DNA of 64,000 nt from Trueperaceae bacterium. Its GTDB lineage: Bacteria; Deinococcota; Deinococci; Deinococcales; Trueperaceae. The translations under genes were made by a program, and so were the position numbers. The DNA is taken from the NCBI GenBank assembly GCA_034520945.1, contig JAXHNB010000009.1, forward strand, positions 128,001 through 192,000. Direction: 5' to 3'. Positions 29,332-37,567 of this stretch are shown piece by piece. The notes beneath the pieces were generated by a model that saw only the letters and a program-made list of their open reading frames with translations, had not been told where the DNA came from and did not search any database. Numbering within the stretch: the first letter of the stretch is position 1; each line of letters begins with the position of its first letter.

Positions 29332-30395
29332 ACCGGGTGGCCGGGCGCGCCCAGCCGCGGTTGCCCGCGGGCGCCATCGTGGCGACCGCCGCCGCCGTGT
29401 GGCTGGTGGCGTGGCTCGGCAACGAACCGTTCTTCGACTGGTTGGTGTTTGGCGCCGTCGGCCTCGTCGCAGGTACGCGCCTCGGCGACGCCGTCCACTT
29501 TTTCCTCTACGACAGCGTCAAGATCATGCTTCTTCTCAGCGGCGTGATCTTCGCGATCGGGGTGCTGCGCAGCTTCGTCAGCGTGGAGCGTACCCGTGCC
29601 CTTCTCGGTGGACGCCGCCAGGGCGCCGGCAACGTGCTGGCGGCGCTGCTGGGCGTGGCCACGCCGTTCTGCTCGTGCAGCGCGGTGCCGGTGTTCATCG
29701 GTTTCGTGTCGGCCGGTGTTCCGCTGGGCGTGACCCTGTCCTTCCTGATCGCGAGCCCCCTCGTCGACGTGGTCACCATCACCTTGCTGCTGGGGCTGTT
29801 CGGCTGGAAGGTCGCGGCGATCTATGTCGCCGCCGGGCTGACCCTGGCCATCTCCGTGGGCATGCTTCTCGGCCGCATGAACCTGGAGCGCTGGGTCGAA
29901 CCGTTCGTGTTCGAGACCCGCGTCGGCACCGCGGCCGATCCCGCGGGCGGGCTCGCCTGGCGCGACCGCTTCGTGTTCGCCAAGGACGAGGTGGTCGACA
30001 TCCTGCGCCGTATCTGGCCGTTCCTGCTGGTCGGCATCGGACTGGGCGCCGCCATCCACGGTTGGGTGCCCGAGGCGGCGTTCGCCAGCTGGGCCGGACC
30101 CGATCAACCGCTCGCGGTGCCGATTGCGGTGCTGTTGGGCATCCCCCTCTACGCCAACGTGGCGGGCGTGCTCCCGCTGATCGAGGCGTTGCACGCCAAG
30201 GGCCTGGCGCTCGGCACGCTGCTCGCCTTCATGATGGCGGTCGTCGCGCTGTCGCTGCCCGAAACGGTCCTGCTGCGGCGCGTGCTCAAGCCGCGCCTGA
30301 TCGCGCTGTTCATCGTCGTCGTCGGCAGCGGCGTCCTGCTGCTCGGCCTCGGCCTCAACCTTCTCGCCCCCACGCTCCTAGGAGGCACCGCATGA
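29328..30395 (+). CDS. arsP: ArsP / DUF318 family permease
   Basis: HFFLYDSVKI, TPFCSCSAVP, SFLIASP, IHGWVP, LSLPE. Confidence 0.85.
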   Translation: MNRVAGRAQPRLPAGAIVATAAAVWLVAWLGNEPFFDWLVFGAVGLVAGTRLGDAVHFFLYDSVKIMLLLSGVIFAIGVLRSFVSVERTRALLGGRRQGAGNVLAALLGVATPFCSCSAVPVFIGFVSAGVPLGVTLSFLIASPLVDVVTITLLLGLFGWKVAAIYVAAGLTLAISVGMLLGRMNLERWVEPFVFETRVGTAADPAGGLAWRDRFVFAKDEVVDILRRIWPFLLVGIGLGAAIHGWVPEAAFASWAGPDQPLAVPIAVLLGIPLYANVAGVLPLIEALHAKGLALGTLLAFMMAVVALSLPETVLLRRVLKPRLIALFIVVVGSGVLLLGLGLNLLAPTLLGGTA

Positions 30396-30628
30396 AGTTG
30401 ATCGTGCTCGGACCCGGATGCGCCAACTGCCAACGCCTCGAAACGAACCTCCGCAAGGCGGTCGACCAGTTGGGCCTCGACGCCACCATCGAGAAGGTGG
30501 AGGACTTCTCCGCGATCCTCGCCTACGGCGTGCAGAGCACCCCCGCGCTGGTGCGCGACGAGAAGCTGGTCATGGCCGGACGCGTGCCCTCGCCGCGCCA
30601 GCTGGCCGACCTCCTCGCCGCCGGCTGA
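30392..30628 (+). CDS. Small redox-active disulfide protein (MTH895/Thioredoxin_3 family)
   Basis: LGPGCANC...YGVQSTPALV...GRVPS; AGGAGG RBS. Confidence 0.9.
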   Translation: MKLIVLGPGCANCQRLETNLRKAVDQLGLDATIEKVEDFSAILAYGVQSTPALVRDEKLVMAGRVPSPRQLADLLAAG

Positions 30629-30646
30629 CGCGCCCGCGGCGCCACG

Positions 30647-30772
30647 CACGGCAGCGCCGCCGGATCCTACCGGCGGCGCTGCCGTGTTCTCGACCTGGTG
30701 GTGTGACCTCGCGTGCGGGGCCGAAACGTGCCGGCGAGCGCCCGGTGAAGTCCGGGGCGCTCGCCGGCACGT
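30647..30772. terminator. Two perfect GC hairpins between the convergent ars and arr operons
   Basis: 17-bp stem at 30647-30686 and 18-bp stem at 30726-30772. Confidence 0.6.
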
Positions 30773-30796
30773 ACGTTCCGTCTCGGACGCGTGCGC

Positions 30797-33379
30797 TCAG
30801 GCGGCGGAGACTTTACGGATCGCCACGCGCGTGGGCCCGCCGTGCCGTGCCGTCGATCCGCTCAAGCGATCGTACTCGGCGGGGAGGATCTGATTGTTGT
30901 TCCCGCCGCGCGGGATCCGATTGGCGAAGTCCTTCGCGGCGACGCGGCCGTAGGCCCAGTGGCCCTGGCCGAAGCACTTGGCGACCGTTCCGGGGCGGAC
31001 GCCTTCCCAGAGCTTGACGTGGGCGGTGAGCGTGCCGGTCGGCGATTCGACCGAGACCGTGTCGCCATTCGCCAGCCCCAGATCTTGCGCGTCGACCGGG
31101 TTGATCTTCAGGACGTCGTCCCAGATCTCGTCGCCCGGGTCGGCGTTCTTGTGCGCCTGGTACCAGGTGCAGTTGGCCGAGCGCCCTTCGCGGTTCAGGC
31201 GGCTACGGTGCTCGAAGAAGACGTAGGGATAGTCCGCCGCATCGCCTTCCCGGTAGGCCGGCTCGTAGTGCGGGAGGAAGGCATGCTCTCCGCGGGCCTC
31301 GTACTTCGTGGCCTCGAGCACCCGGTCGACGTCGACGTCGTGGCGTTCGGCGTGGGCAGTCAAGGCGTCCTTGAGGGTTTCGGAGTAGAACTCGAACTTG
31401 CCGGTCTTCGTGGCGAAGTTGTCGATCTTCTCGCCGGGCTCGAAGCGGTGGCTGTTCCAGACGCCCTTGTCGACGAAGTCGTCCCAGCCTTGGAGCCGGT
31501 CGCCGTACTGGCCGTAGTCGGGATGCGTGGCGTCCCAGGCGGGCCGCGTCAGCAGCTTCAGGGCGTTGAGCGTGAAGCTGGCGCCGTCGGTCGGTGCCGC
31601 GCCGGTCTCGGGGTCGGCGAACTCCTCCTTGAAGTAGCGATGCATGTCGTCGAAGCCGCGATCCGCCAGCGCCTCGGCCAGCATCCAGGGGATCTCCGTC
31701 TCGTCCTGGCGGACGTCCCACATCGGCTCGATCATGCGCTGCGTCAGGCTGGCGTAGCCGTAGAGGTTCTGCTTGCTCTTGAGGAAGCCCCACTTCTCGA
31801 ACATCTGCTGCGCGGCCGGCAGCACGATATCGGCGAAGTGGCTCATCTCGGAGGCGTTCGTGGTGATGTGCGCGAAGAACGGCAGCTTGGAAAGCGCCCG
31901 CTCCCAGCGGCCGGCGCCGGAGGCCGAATACGCGAAGTTGCACCAGTAGCCGATCAGCACCTGGATCGGGTAGGGATCCTCGTCGAGGATGCCGTCGGCG
32001 GCACGGTTGGTGACGACGCCCCCGCCGCTCTTGCCGCCCTTGAGCGAGGGGAACTCCAGGGTGCCCCGCTGGTCGATCTTCGGCCGGGAGGCGTTCTCCT
32101 GCGCCAACGCGTCCTGGTAGGCGCTGAAGTCGGGGATGCCGTCCGCCACGACCTTGGCCTTCTGCACCACGCCGCCGCGGGCGTCGGCGGCGCCCACCAG
32201 GCCGTTGAGGGCGTGGGCCGCCATGGCGGTGTAGCCGCCGCGAACCTGCATCGCGGCGCCGGGCGACACCCAGCTGATGGCCTGGGGGGCGGCGCGCGCG
32301 AAGCCGATGGCGACGCGGCGGATCTGCTCCGCGGGGATCCCGCAGAGGGGCGCGGCCCACTCCGGGGTGCGGTCCTTGAGCTCCAGGTTCCACCAGCGCA
32401 CCACGCCGTTGGTGTGGACCTCCTCGAAGCTCTCCTCGTCGACGGTCCGCCCGCTCCTGAAGGCGCCCTCGCCACCCACGAAGTCGCCGACGAACGAGCG
32501 GCTCCAGAGCCCTTCGGTGAGGATCACGTGGGCCATGGCCACCGCCAGGGCACTGTCCTCGCCCGGGATCACGGGCAGCCACTCGTTGGCCTTGGCGGCC
32601 GTGGCGGACAGGCGCGGATCGACCACCGCGATGGTGGCACGGTCGCGCACATCGCCCCAGACGTTGATGGCGTGGGGCACCTGGCGGTTGGTGGACACCG
32701 GATCCGCACCCCAACAGAGCACGTAGCGCGTCTCGGTCAGATCGTAATCGCGGTAGTCCCAGAACCCTTCCGTGTAGTAGGAGCCGAACTTCTCGCCTTC
32801 GGCGCAGATCGCGGAGTGGCTGATGCCGTTGGGCGAGCCGAAGATCTTCGGAACCGCGCTGTAGATGATGTCGCGCAGGTAGCTGTAGCGACCGCGGAAC
32901 ACCGCGAACTGATGGGTGTCGCCCGTGTCGCGCAGCTCGATCATCTTGTCGGCGATCGTTCCGATCGCCTCGTCCCAACTGATCGGTACGAAGCCCGGGT
33001 CCTCGTCGCGCCCCTTGTTCGGGTTGGTGCGCTTCATGGGCACCTTGAGCCGGTCGGGATCGTACAGCTGCTGAAGCGCCATGTGGGGGCGCGGGCAGAT
33101 CTTGCCGTGATTGGCCTTGCTGTAGGGGTTGCCCCGCACGCTGACCGCACGACCGTCGACCACCTTCACCTGCACGGGGCACCAGCTGGTGCAGCCCTGG
33201 CAGGTCGAGGCCATCCAGGCGCCGGTAGCGGAAGCAGTCCCCTGCGCCGGGCTTTGGCTGAACGCGCTCAGCAGCGGGCCGCCGCCCGCAGCGGCCAGGA
33301 AGCCGGCGCCCGTGAACTGCAGGAACCGCCGGCGGTCGATGCCGGGGGGTGTGGCTGGTTTTTGTTCGTCTCTACGCAT
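30797..33379 (-). CDS. arrA: Respiratory arsenate reductase catalytic Mo-bisPGD subunit
   Basis: Tat leader DRRRFLQ; CQGCTSWC...C Fe-S motif; ArrA-diagnostic RGRY; catalytic loop ISHSAICAEGEKFG; HRSRLNREGRSAN. Confidence 0.9.
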   Translation of the reverse strand: MRRDEQKPATPPGIDRRRFLQFTGAGFLAAAGGGPLLSAFSQSPAQGTASATGAWMASTCQGCTSWCPVQVKVVDGRAVSVRGNPYSKANHGKICPRPHMALQQLYDPDRLKVPMKRTNPNKGRDEDPGFVPISWDEAIGTIADKMIELRDTGDTHQFAVFRGRYSYLRDIIYSAVPKIFGSPNGISHSAICAEGEKFGSYYTEGFWDYRDYDLTETRYVLCWGADPVSTNRQVPHAINVWGDVRDRATIAVVDPRLSATAAKANEWLPVIPGEDSALAVAMAHVILTEGLWSRSFVGDFVGGEGAFRSGRTVDEESFEEVHTNGVVRWWNLELKDRTPEWAAPLCGIPAEQIRRVAIGFARAAPQAISWVSPGAAMQVRGGYTAMAAHALNGLVGAADARGGVVQKAKVVADGIPDFSAYQDALAQENASRPKIDQRGTLEFPSLKGGKSGGGVVTNRAADGILDEDPYPIQVLIGYWCNFAYSASGAGRWERALSKLPFFAHITTNASEMSHFADIVLPAAQQMFEKWGFLKSKQNLYGYASLTQRMIEPMWDVRQDETEIPWMLAEALADRGFDDMHRYFKEEFADPETGAAPTDGASFTLNALKLLTRPAWDATHPDYGQYGDRLQGWDDFVDKGVWNSHRFEPGEKIDNFATKTGKFEFYSETLKDALTAHAERHDVDVDRVLEATKYEARGEHAFLPHYEPAYREGDAADYPYVFFEHRSRLNREGRSANCTWYQAHKNADPGDEIWDDVLKINPVDAQDLGLANGDTVSVESPTGTLTAHVKLWEGVRPGTVAKCFGQGHWAYGRVAAKDFANRIPRGGNNNQILPAEYDRLSGSTARHGGPTRVAIRKVSAA

Positions 33380-33390
33380 GACGTCCCCCT

Positions 33391-34344
33391 TCAGAAGAAC
33401 AGGTTCACGGGCAGGTCGGCCTGCCCGCCCAGGACCAGCGCCAAACGGAAGAAGTACCCGCCGACAAGGATCATGCCGCTGGTGAGAGCGATCGTCGCGA
33501 CCTGGGCGCCGCGACGGCGTCGGGCCTCGCCGAGGAACAGCTCGGTGCCGCCCAGGAGCAGGGGTAGGACCAGCCCCAGGACGATGCCGCCGTACCAGAA
33601 CATGGGGCCGTACGCCTCGTTGGCGGCCGCGAGCGCTTGTTGCTGGTCGAGGCTTCCGAGTCGGAGGCCCAACCACCACACGAAGGCGGTGCCGAGCTGC
33701 ATGACCAGCAAGGTGAGCAAGGTGTTGCGCACGACGCGAAGGTCGTCGAGGAAGCGCCCGAGGTGATCACGATCGGACAGCCTGCCGCCGATCCACATGC
33801 GCACCAGGTGGGCCAACAGCACGACGGCGACACCGGTCGTCGCGAAGGCCAGCAGGGCGGCGATGACGGTGGGCCCGGTGTTCCACAGGGGCCGGCTGTT
33901 CAGCACCGACAGCAGCAAGCCGTGATACGCCCCGACGATGACGGTGAGGGGAACGAGCGCGATGCCCAACGCATTGCGCCAGCGCACGTTCGCCTCGGCG
34001 TCACGCCAGGACCAGGCGTACAGAAGGCCGACGCCCACGAGCAGCGGTTGGAAGATTCCGCCCCACCACAACGGCGACAGGGGACTGACATTGACGTAGT
34101 TCTGCCACGCGTTGAAGGGCCTGCCCATCTTGGCCATGATCAACACGAGGCCGATCGCGACGAGGACCGGGCCGATCCAGGCCGCCGTACGGGTCAGCCG
34201 GCGGTACCGCCCCGCGAACGCATAATTGACGAGGACCGCGAACAGGATGGCGCCGACGCCGGCACCGCCCAGGTACAGGTCCATGGCGACGCGCCAGTCC
34301 CACGCGGGGCCGGATTGGATGTTGAAGACGATCTCAGGATCCAT
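33391..34344 (-). CDS. arrC: NrfD/PsrC-family membrane anchor (ArrC)
   Basis: WDWRVAMDLYLGG, GRP, SPLWWG, YHGLLL...RPLWN; about 8 TM segments. Confidence 0.85.
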   Translation of the reverse strand: MDPEIVFNIQSGPAWDWRVAMDLYLGGAGVGAILFAVLVNYAFAGRYRRLTRTAAWIGPVLVAIGLVLIMAKMGRPFNAWQNYVNVSPLSPLWWGGIFQPLLVGVGLLYAWSWRDAEANVRWRNALGIALVPLTVIVGAYHGLLLSVLNSRPLWNTGPTVIAALLAFATTGVAVVLLAHLVRMWIGGRLSDRDHLGRFLDDLRVVRNTLLTLLVMQLGTAFVWWLGLRLGSLDQQQALAAANEAYGPMFWYGGIVLGLVLPLLLGGTELFLGEARRRRGAQVATIALTSGMILVGGYFFRLALVLGGQADLPVNLFF

Positions 34345-34966
34345 GGCGTGCTCCCTCCATCGCGAGGCCGGAGGCCTTCGCGGGTCCGTGCTCGATGAGG
34401 GTACGAAGCGTCTCCGCAGCAGCGGCGAAGGCGGGATGGTCGGCGTGTTCGGCCACCGCGGCCGCGAACGCCGGCAACCACGGCATCATCTGGTCGCGCC
34501 AGAAGCCATCGAGCTGCGCCAGCGCTTCACCGTCGCCTTCCTCGAGGCCTCGGTAGCCGAGCAGGTAACAGAACTCCAGTTCGACGGCGACGTGGTCGGG
34601 CAACTCGCGTGGACCGTCGGCGGGGCCGAGACCGGCGGCGGCGTAGGCTTTGGCAGCTGCCTGCGCGACCGGCCCCATCATCCCCTGGTCGGTCTCCAGG
34701 AACCACGACGCGTACGGCGGAACGCGCACCTCGAAGGGGCCGAGGAACAAACGCGCGTAGCTCCGGGCGAACGCCTCGCGTTCGCTGGACGCCAGTCGAT
34801 CGGCGAGCCGCCGCATGCGGACCGCGAGCGCGTCGGTGTCGTCTCCGGCCGCCTGCCGGCAGAGCGCGGCCCGCTCGTCCAGATCGTCGCCAGGAAGGGC
34901 GAAGACGCGGGCGAGAGCGCGCGCGGCGTTGCAGAAGCGCACGGTCGTCGCGAGATCAGAAGTCAC
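34334..34966 (-). CDS. arrD: TorD/DmsD-family maturation chaperone (ArrD)
   Basis: YARLFLGP, PPYASWF, ELPDHVAVELEF. Confidence 0.88.
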   Translation of the reverse strand: MTSDLATTVRFCNAARALARVFALPGDDLDERAALCRQAAGDDTDALAVRMRRLADRLASSEREAFARSYARLFLGPFEVRVPPYASWFLETDQGMMGPVAQAAAKAYAAAGLGPADGPRELPDHVAVELEFCYLLGYRGLEEGDGEALAQLDGFWRDQMMPWLPAFAAAVAEHADHPAFAAAAETLRTLIEHGPAKASGLAMEGARHGS

Positions 34967-35894
34967 GGATGTAGAACACATTGGGACGGGTTCCCTTTTC
35001 CGGGTTCAGCACCCGATGGCTGTGCGTGGCGAGCGCCTGCGATACGGCACTGTCTGGATCGTTGAGATCGCCGAAGATCCTGGCGTCGGCGGGGCACGCC
35101 TCGACGCACGCCGGAACGTCACCCTGGACGAGCCGGTGGTCGCACATGGTGCACTTCTCCACGATGCCCTTGGGGCGAACGCCGGGCAGCGTGGCTTCGC
35201 GCCCCGGATTGTAGACGGGAAGCGGCACGCCGGCCGCTTCGGCGACCTCCTCGCCCGTGCTGGTCACGCCGGCGATCGCTGCGCGGCCTTGGTACAGCAC
35301 GTCGGCGTGCGGTTCGCCCTTGTTGTAGTAAATGGCGCCGTAGGGGCAGGCGACCTGGCAGGCGCGGCAGCCGATGCACTTGTCGGCGTCGTGCATGGTG
35401 AGCCCATCCTCGGTCTTGTGCATCGCCGTGGTCGGGCAGTTGGCCACGCAGGGCGCGTCGGCGCAGTGGTTGCACATGGTCGGGACGTAGCGCCACTGCG
35501 TGTCGGGGAACGTGCCGCGGGTCTCGAGCATGTGGTTGGACCATGCGAACGAGTGGGGGACGTTGTTCTCGCGCTTGCAGGCGATGTCGCAGCCGGAACA
35601 GCCGACGCAGCGGTGGAGATCGATCACCATCCCCCAGCGACGCTCACGCTTCGGCTTGTCCAGCGAGCGTTGCACGTCGCGACGCATGCGCGTGACCATG
35701 TCGTCGTCGCCGACCTCCATCGCGGGGTCGAAGGTCGCCCCGGCCTCGTCCTGCGCCTGGGCGTGGGTCCCTGCCACCACCGCGCCGGCCACCGCAGCCG
35801 TCGCGGCGTTCGCGAAGAACGCCCTGCGGTCGACCTTGGCCTCTGGCCCCGAACGGTCGCCGGTCGTGTCGTTGCGTTCGTGTTCTGCCGCCAT
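34956..35894 (-). CDS. arrB: 4x[4Fe-4S] electron-transfer subunit (ArrB-like) with its own Tat leader
   Basis: DRRAFF...AQA leader; WGMVIDLHRCVGCSGCDIAC, CNHCADAPCVANCP, CIGCRACQVACP, EKCTMCDHR...PACVEACP; AAAGGA RBS. Confidence 0.88.
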   Translation of the reverse strand: MAAEHERNDTTGDRSGPEAKVDRRAFFANAATAAVAGAVVAGTHAQAQDEAGATFDPAMEVGDDDMVTRMRRDVQRSLDKPKRERRWGMVIDLHRCVGCSGCDIACKRENNVPHSFAWSNHMLETRGTFPDTQWRYVPTMCNHCADAPCVANCPTTAMHKTEDGLTMHDADKCIGCRACQVACPYGAIYYNKGEPHADVLYQGRAAIAGVTSTGEEVAEAAGVPLPVYNPGREATLPGVRPKGIVEKCTMCDHRLVQGDVPACVEACPADARIFGDLNDPDSAVSQALATHSHRVLNPEKGTRPNVFYIRDF

Positions 35895-35910
35895 AGCATG
35901 GTCCTTTCCA

Positions 35911-35932
35911 CTCGACGAGATATCTCCTCGAG
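35911..35932. promoter_or_regulatory. Palindromic operator candidate upstream of arrB
   Basis: CTCGACGAGATATCTCCTCGAG, a 22-bp palindrome with one mismatched pair. Confidence 0.55.
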
Positions 35933-35935
35933 CAT

Positions 35936-36249
35936 GTGCCAGGGCTCACGAGGTTGCTAGGGACGCTCGTCCCCGCGCACACGCTCGGTCGTGGGCCACG
36001 TCATGGGGCGGCGCGGAGGTCGAGGGTACGCTGTACCCGATGCTCCACGGGCTCGAGCGCGAGGGGTTGCTGCGCGGCGACGTGCGCGTCGTGGGCGGTC
36101 ATCAGCGCAAGGAGTACCGGCTCACGCCCGAGGGGGCCCGCACGCTCGACGCCGCCCGCGCACACCTTCACGATCTCGCCGGCGAGGTGCTGCACGGCGA
36201 GGGACCGGCGACGATCCGCGACGAACAACGAACGGACGATGATGGCTGA
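35936..36249 (+). pseudogene. PadR-family regulator remnant (frameshift/deletion)
   Basis: GPRHG in one frame; GTLYPMLHGLEREGLL...RKEYRLTPEG in another; N-terminal part shortened. Confidence 0.7.
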
Positions 36250-37546
36250 GGACAGCGAGGCAACGGGCCGGCTGCGGCGCGAGGTGGGGACCTTCGGCGC
36301 GGTGATGATGGGGCTGGGCAGCATCGTCGGCACCGGCGTGTTCGTCTCGATCGGCGTCGCCGCCGGCATCGCCGGCCCCTCCGTGGTGCTGGCGATCGCG
36401 ATCGGCGCGATGGTCGCGACCTTCAACGGCCTCTCCAGCGCCCAGCTGGCCGCCGCCCATCCCGTCTCGGGCGGCACCTACGAGTACGGCTACCGCTTCC
36501 TGACCCCCCGCTTCGGCTTCACCGCCGGCTGGACGTTCCTGCTGGCCAAGAGCGCCTCCGCCGCGACCGCCGCGCTCGGCTTCGCCGGCTACGTGTTGGG
36601 CGCCTTCGGGGTCGCAGCCCGCGCCCCGCTGGTGCCCCTAGCCGTGGTGCTGATCGCCGCCCTGACCGCCGTCGTGCTGGCCGGGATCCGCCGCTCCAAC
36701 GCCACCAACATCGCCATCGTCACCATCACGCTCGCCAGCCTGGCGTTCTTCGTGCTGGCCGGATTGCCGAGCCTGGTCGAACGCGGCGGCGCCGCCTTCG
36801 TGCCGTTCTTCGATCCGGAGCCGGGCCGCGGCGGGCTGCCTGCGCTGCTGTACGCCTCGGCGCTGATGTTCGTCGCCTACACCGGCTACGGACGCATCGC
36901 CACCCTCGGGGAGGAGGTACGCGACCCGGCCCGCACCATCCCGCGCGCCGTGGTGGCGGCCCTGCTGGTGGTGATGGCGCTGTACGCCGCCGTGGCGTTG
37001 GTCGGGGTCGGCACCGCCGGCACCGACGCGCTCTCCGCGGTGGAGGCGCGCACCGCGCCGCTCGAGACGGCGGCACGGGGGTTCGGCGTGCCCTTCGCGC
37101 CGCAGGTGCTGGCGATCGGGGCGGTCACCGCCATGGTGGGCGTGCTGCTCAACCTGATCCTCGGCCTGTCGCGTGTGCTGCTGGCAATGGGACGACGCCG
37201 GGACGTGCCGGCCATGTTCGGGCGCGTGAACGAGGCCGGCACCACCCCCGTCCCCGCCGTCGTCGCGGTCGGCCTCTTGATCGCAGGGCTGGCCCTGCTG
37301 GGCGACGTGCGCGTCACCTGGTCGTTCAGCGCCTTCACCGTGCTGGTGTACTACGCGATCACCAACCTGGCGGCGCTTCGGCTACCGCCCGAGATGCGCC
37401 GCTTCCCGCGCTGGGTGTCGATCGCCGGACTCGCCTCCTGCCTGACCCTGGCGTTCTTCGTCGATCCCCCGGTGCTGATCGTGGGCACGGGGCTGCTGGC
37501 CGCCGGGTTGGTCTGGCACGAGGCGGCACGGCGCGTACGTGGCTGA
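36239..37546 (+). CDS. APC family amino-acid permease
   Basis: GLGSIVGTGVF, HPVSGGTYEYG, FVAYTGYGRIATLGEEVRDP; about 12 TM segments. Confidence 0.92.
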   Translation: MMAEDSEATGRLRREVGTFGAVMMGLGSIVGTGVFVSIGVAAGIAGPSVVLAIAIGAMVATFNGLSSAQLAAAHPVSGGTYEYGYRFLTPRFGFTAGWTFLLAKSASAATAALGFAGYVLGAFGVAARAPLVPLAVVLIAALTAVVLAGIRRSNATNIAIVTITLASLAFFVLAGLPSLVERGGAAFVPFFDPEPGRGGLPALLYASALMFVAYTGYGRIATLGEEVRDPARTIPRAVVAALLVVMALYAAVALVGVGTAGTDALSAVEARTAPLETAARGFGVPFAPQVLAIGAVTAMVGVLLNLILGLSRVLLAMGRRRDVPAMFGRVNEAGTTPVPAVVAVGLLIAGLALLGDVRVTWSFSAFTVLVYYAITNLAALRLPPEMRRFPRWVSIAGLASCLTLAFFVDPPVLIVGTGLLAAGLVWHEAARRVRG

Positions 37547-37567
37547 ACGCAGGCAGCGGGTCCGGGC

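Noticed and set aside
30797..33379. ArxA, PsrA or TtrA identity for the Mo enzyme
   Set aside because: It has RGRY rather than GRGW, and the CQGCTSWC and SHSAICAE motifs match ArrA; a tree is still needed for certainty
30791..33766. 991-aa plus-strand ORF and similar long ORFs (46796-49936, 7315-9735, 18-1598, 46386-48881)
   Set aside because: They are antisense or alternate-frame shadows of real genes, expected in high-GC DNA, and carry no motifs
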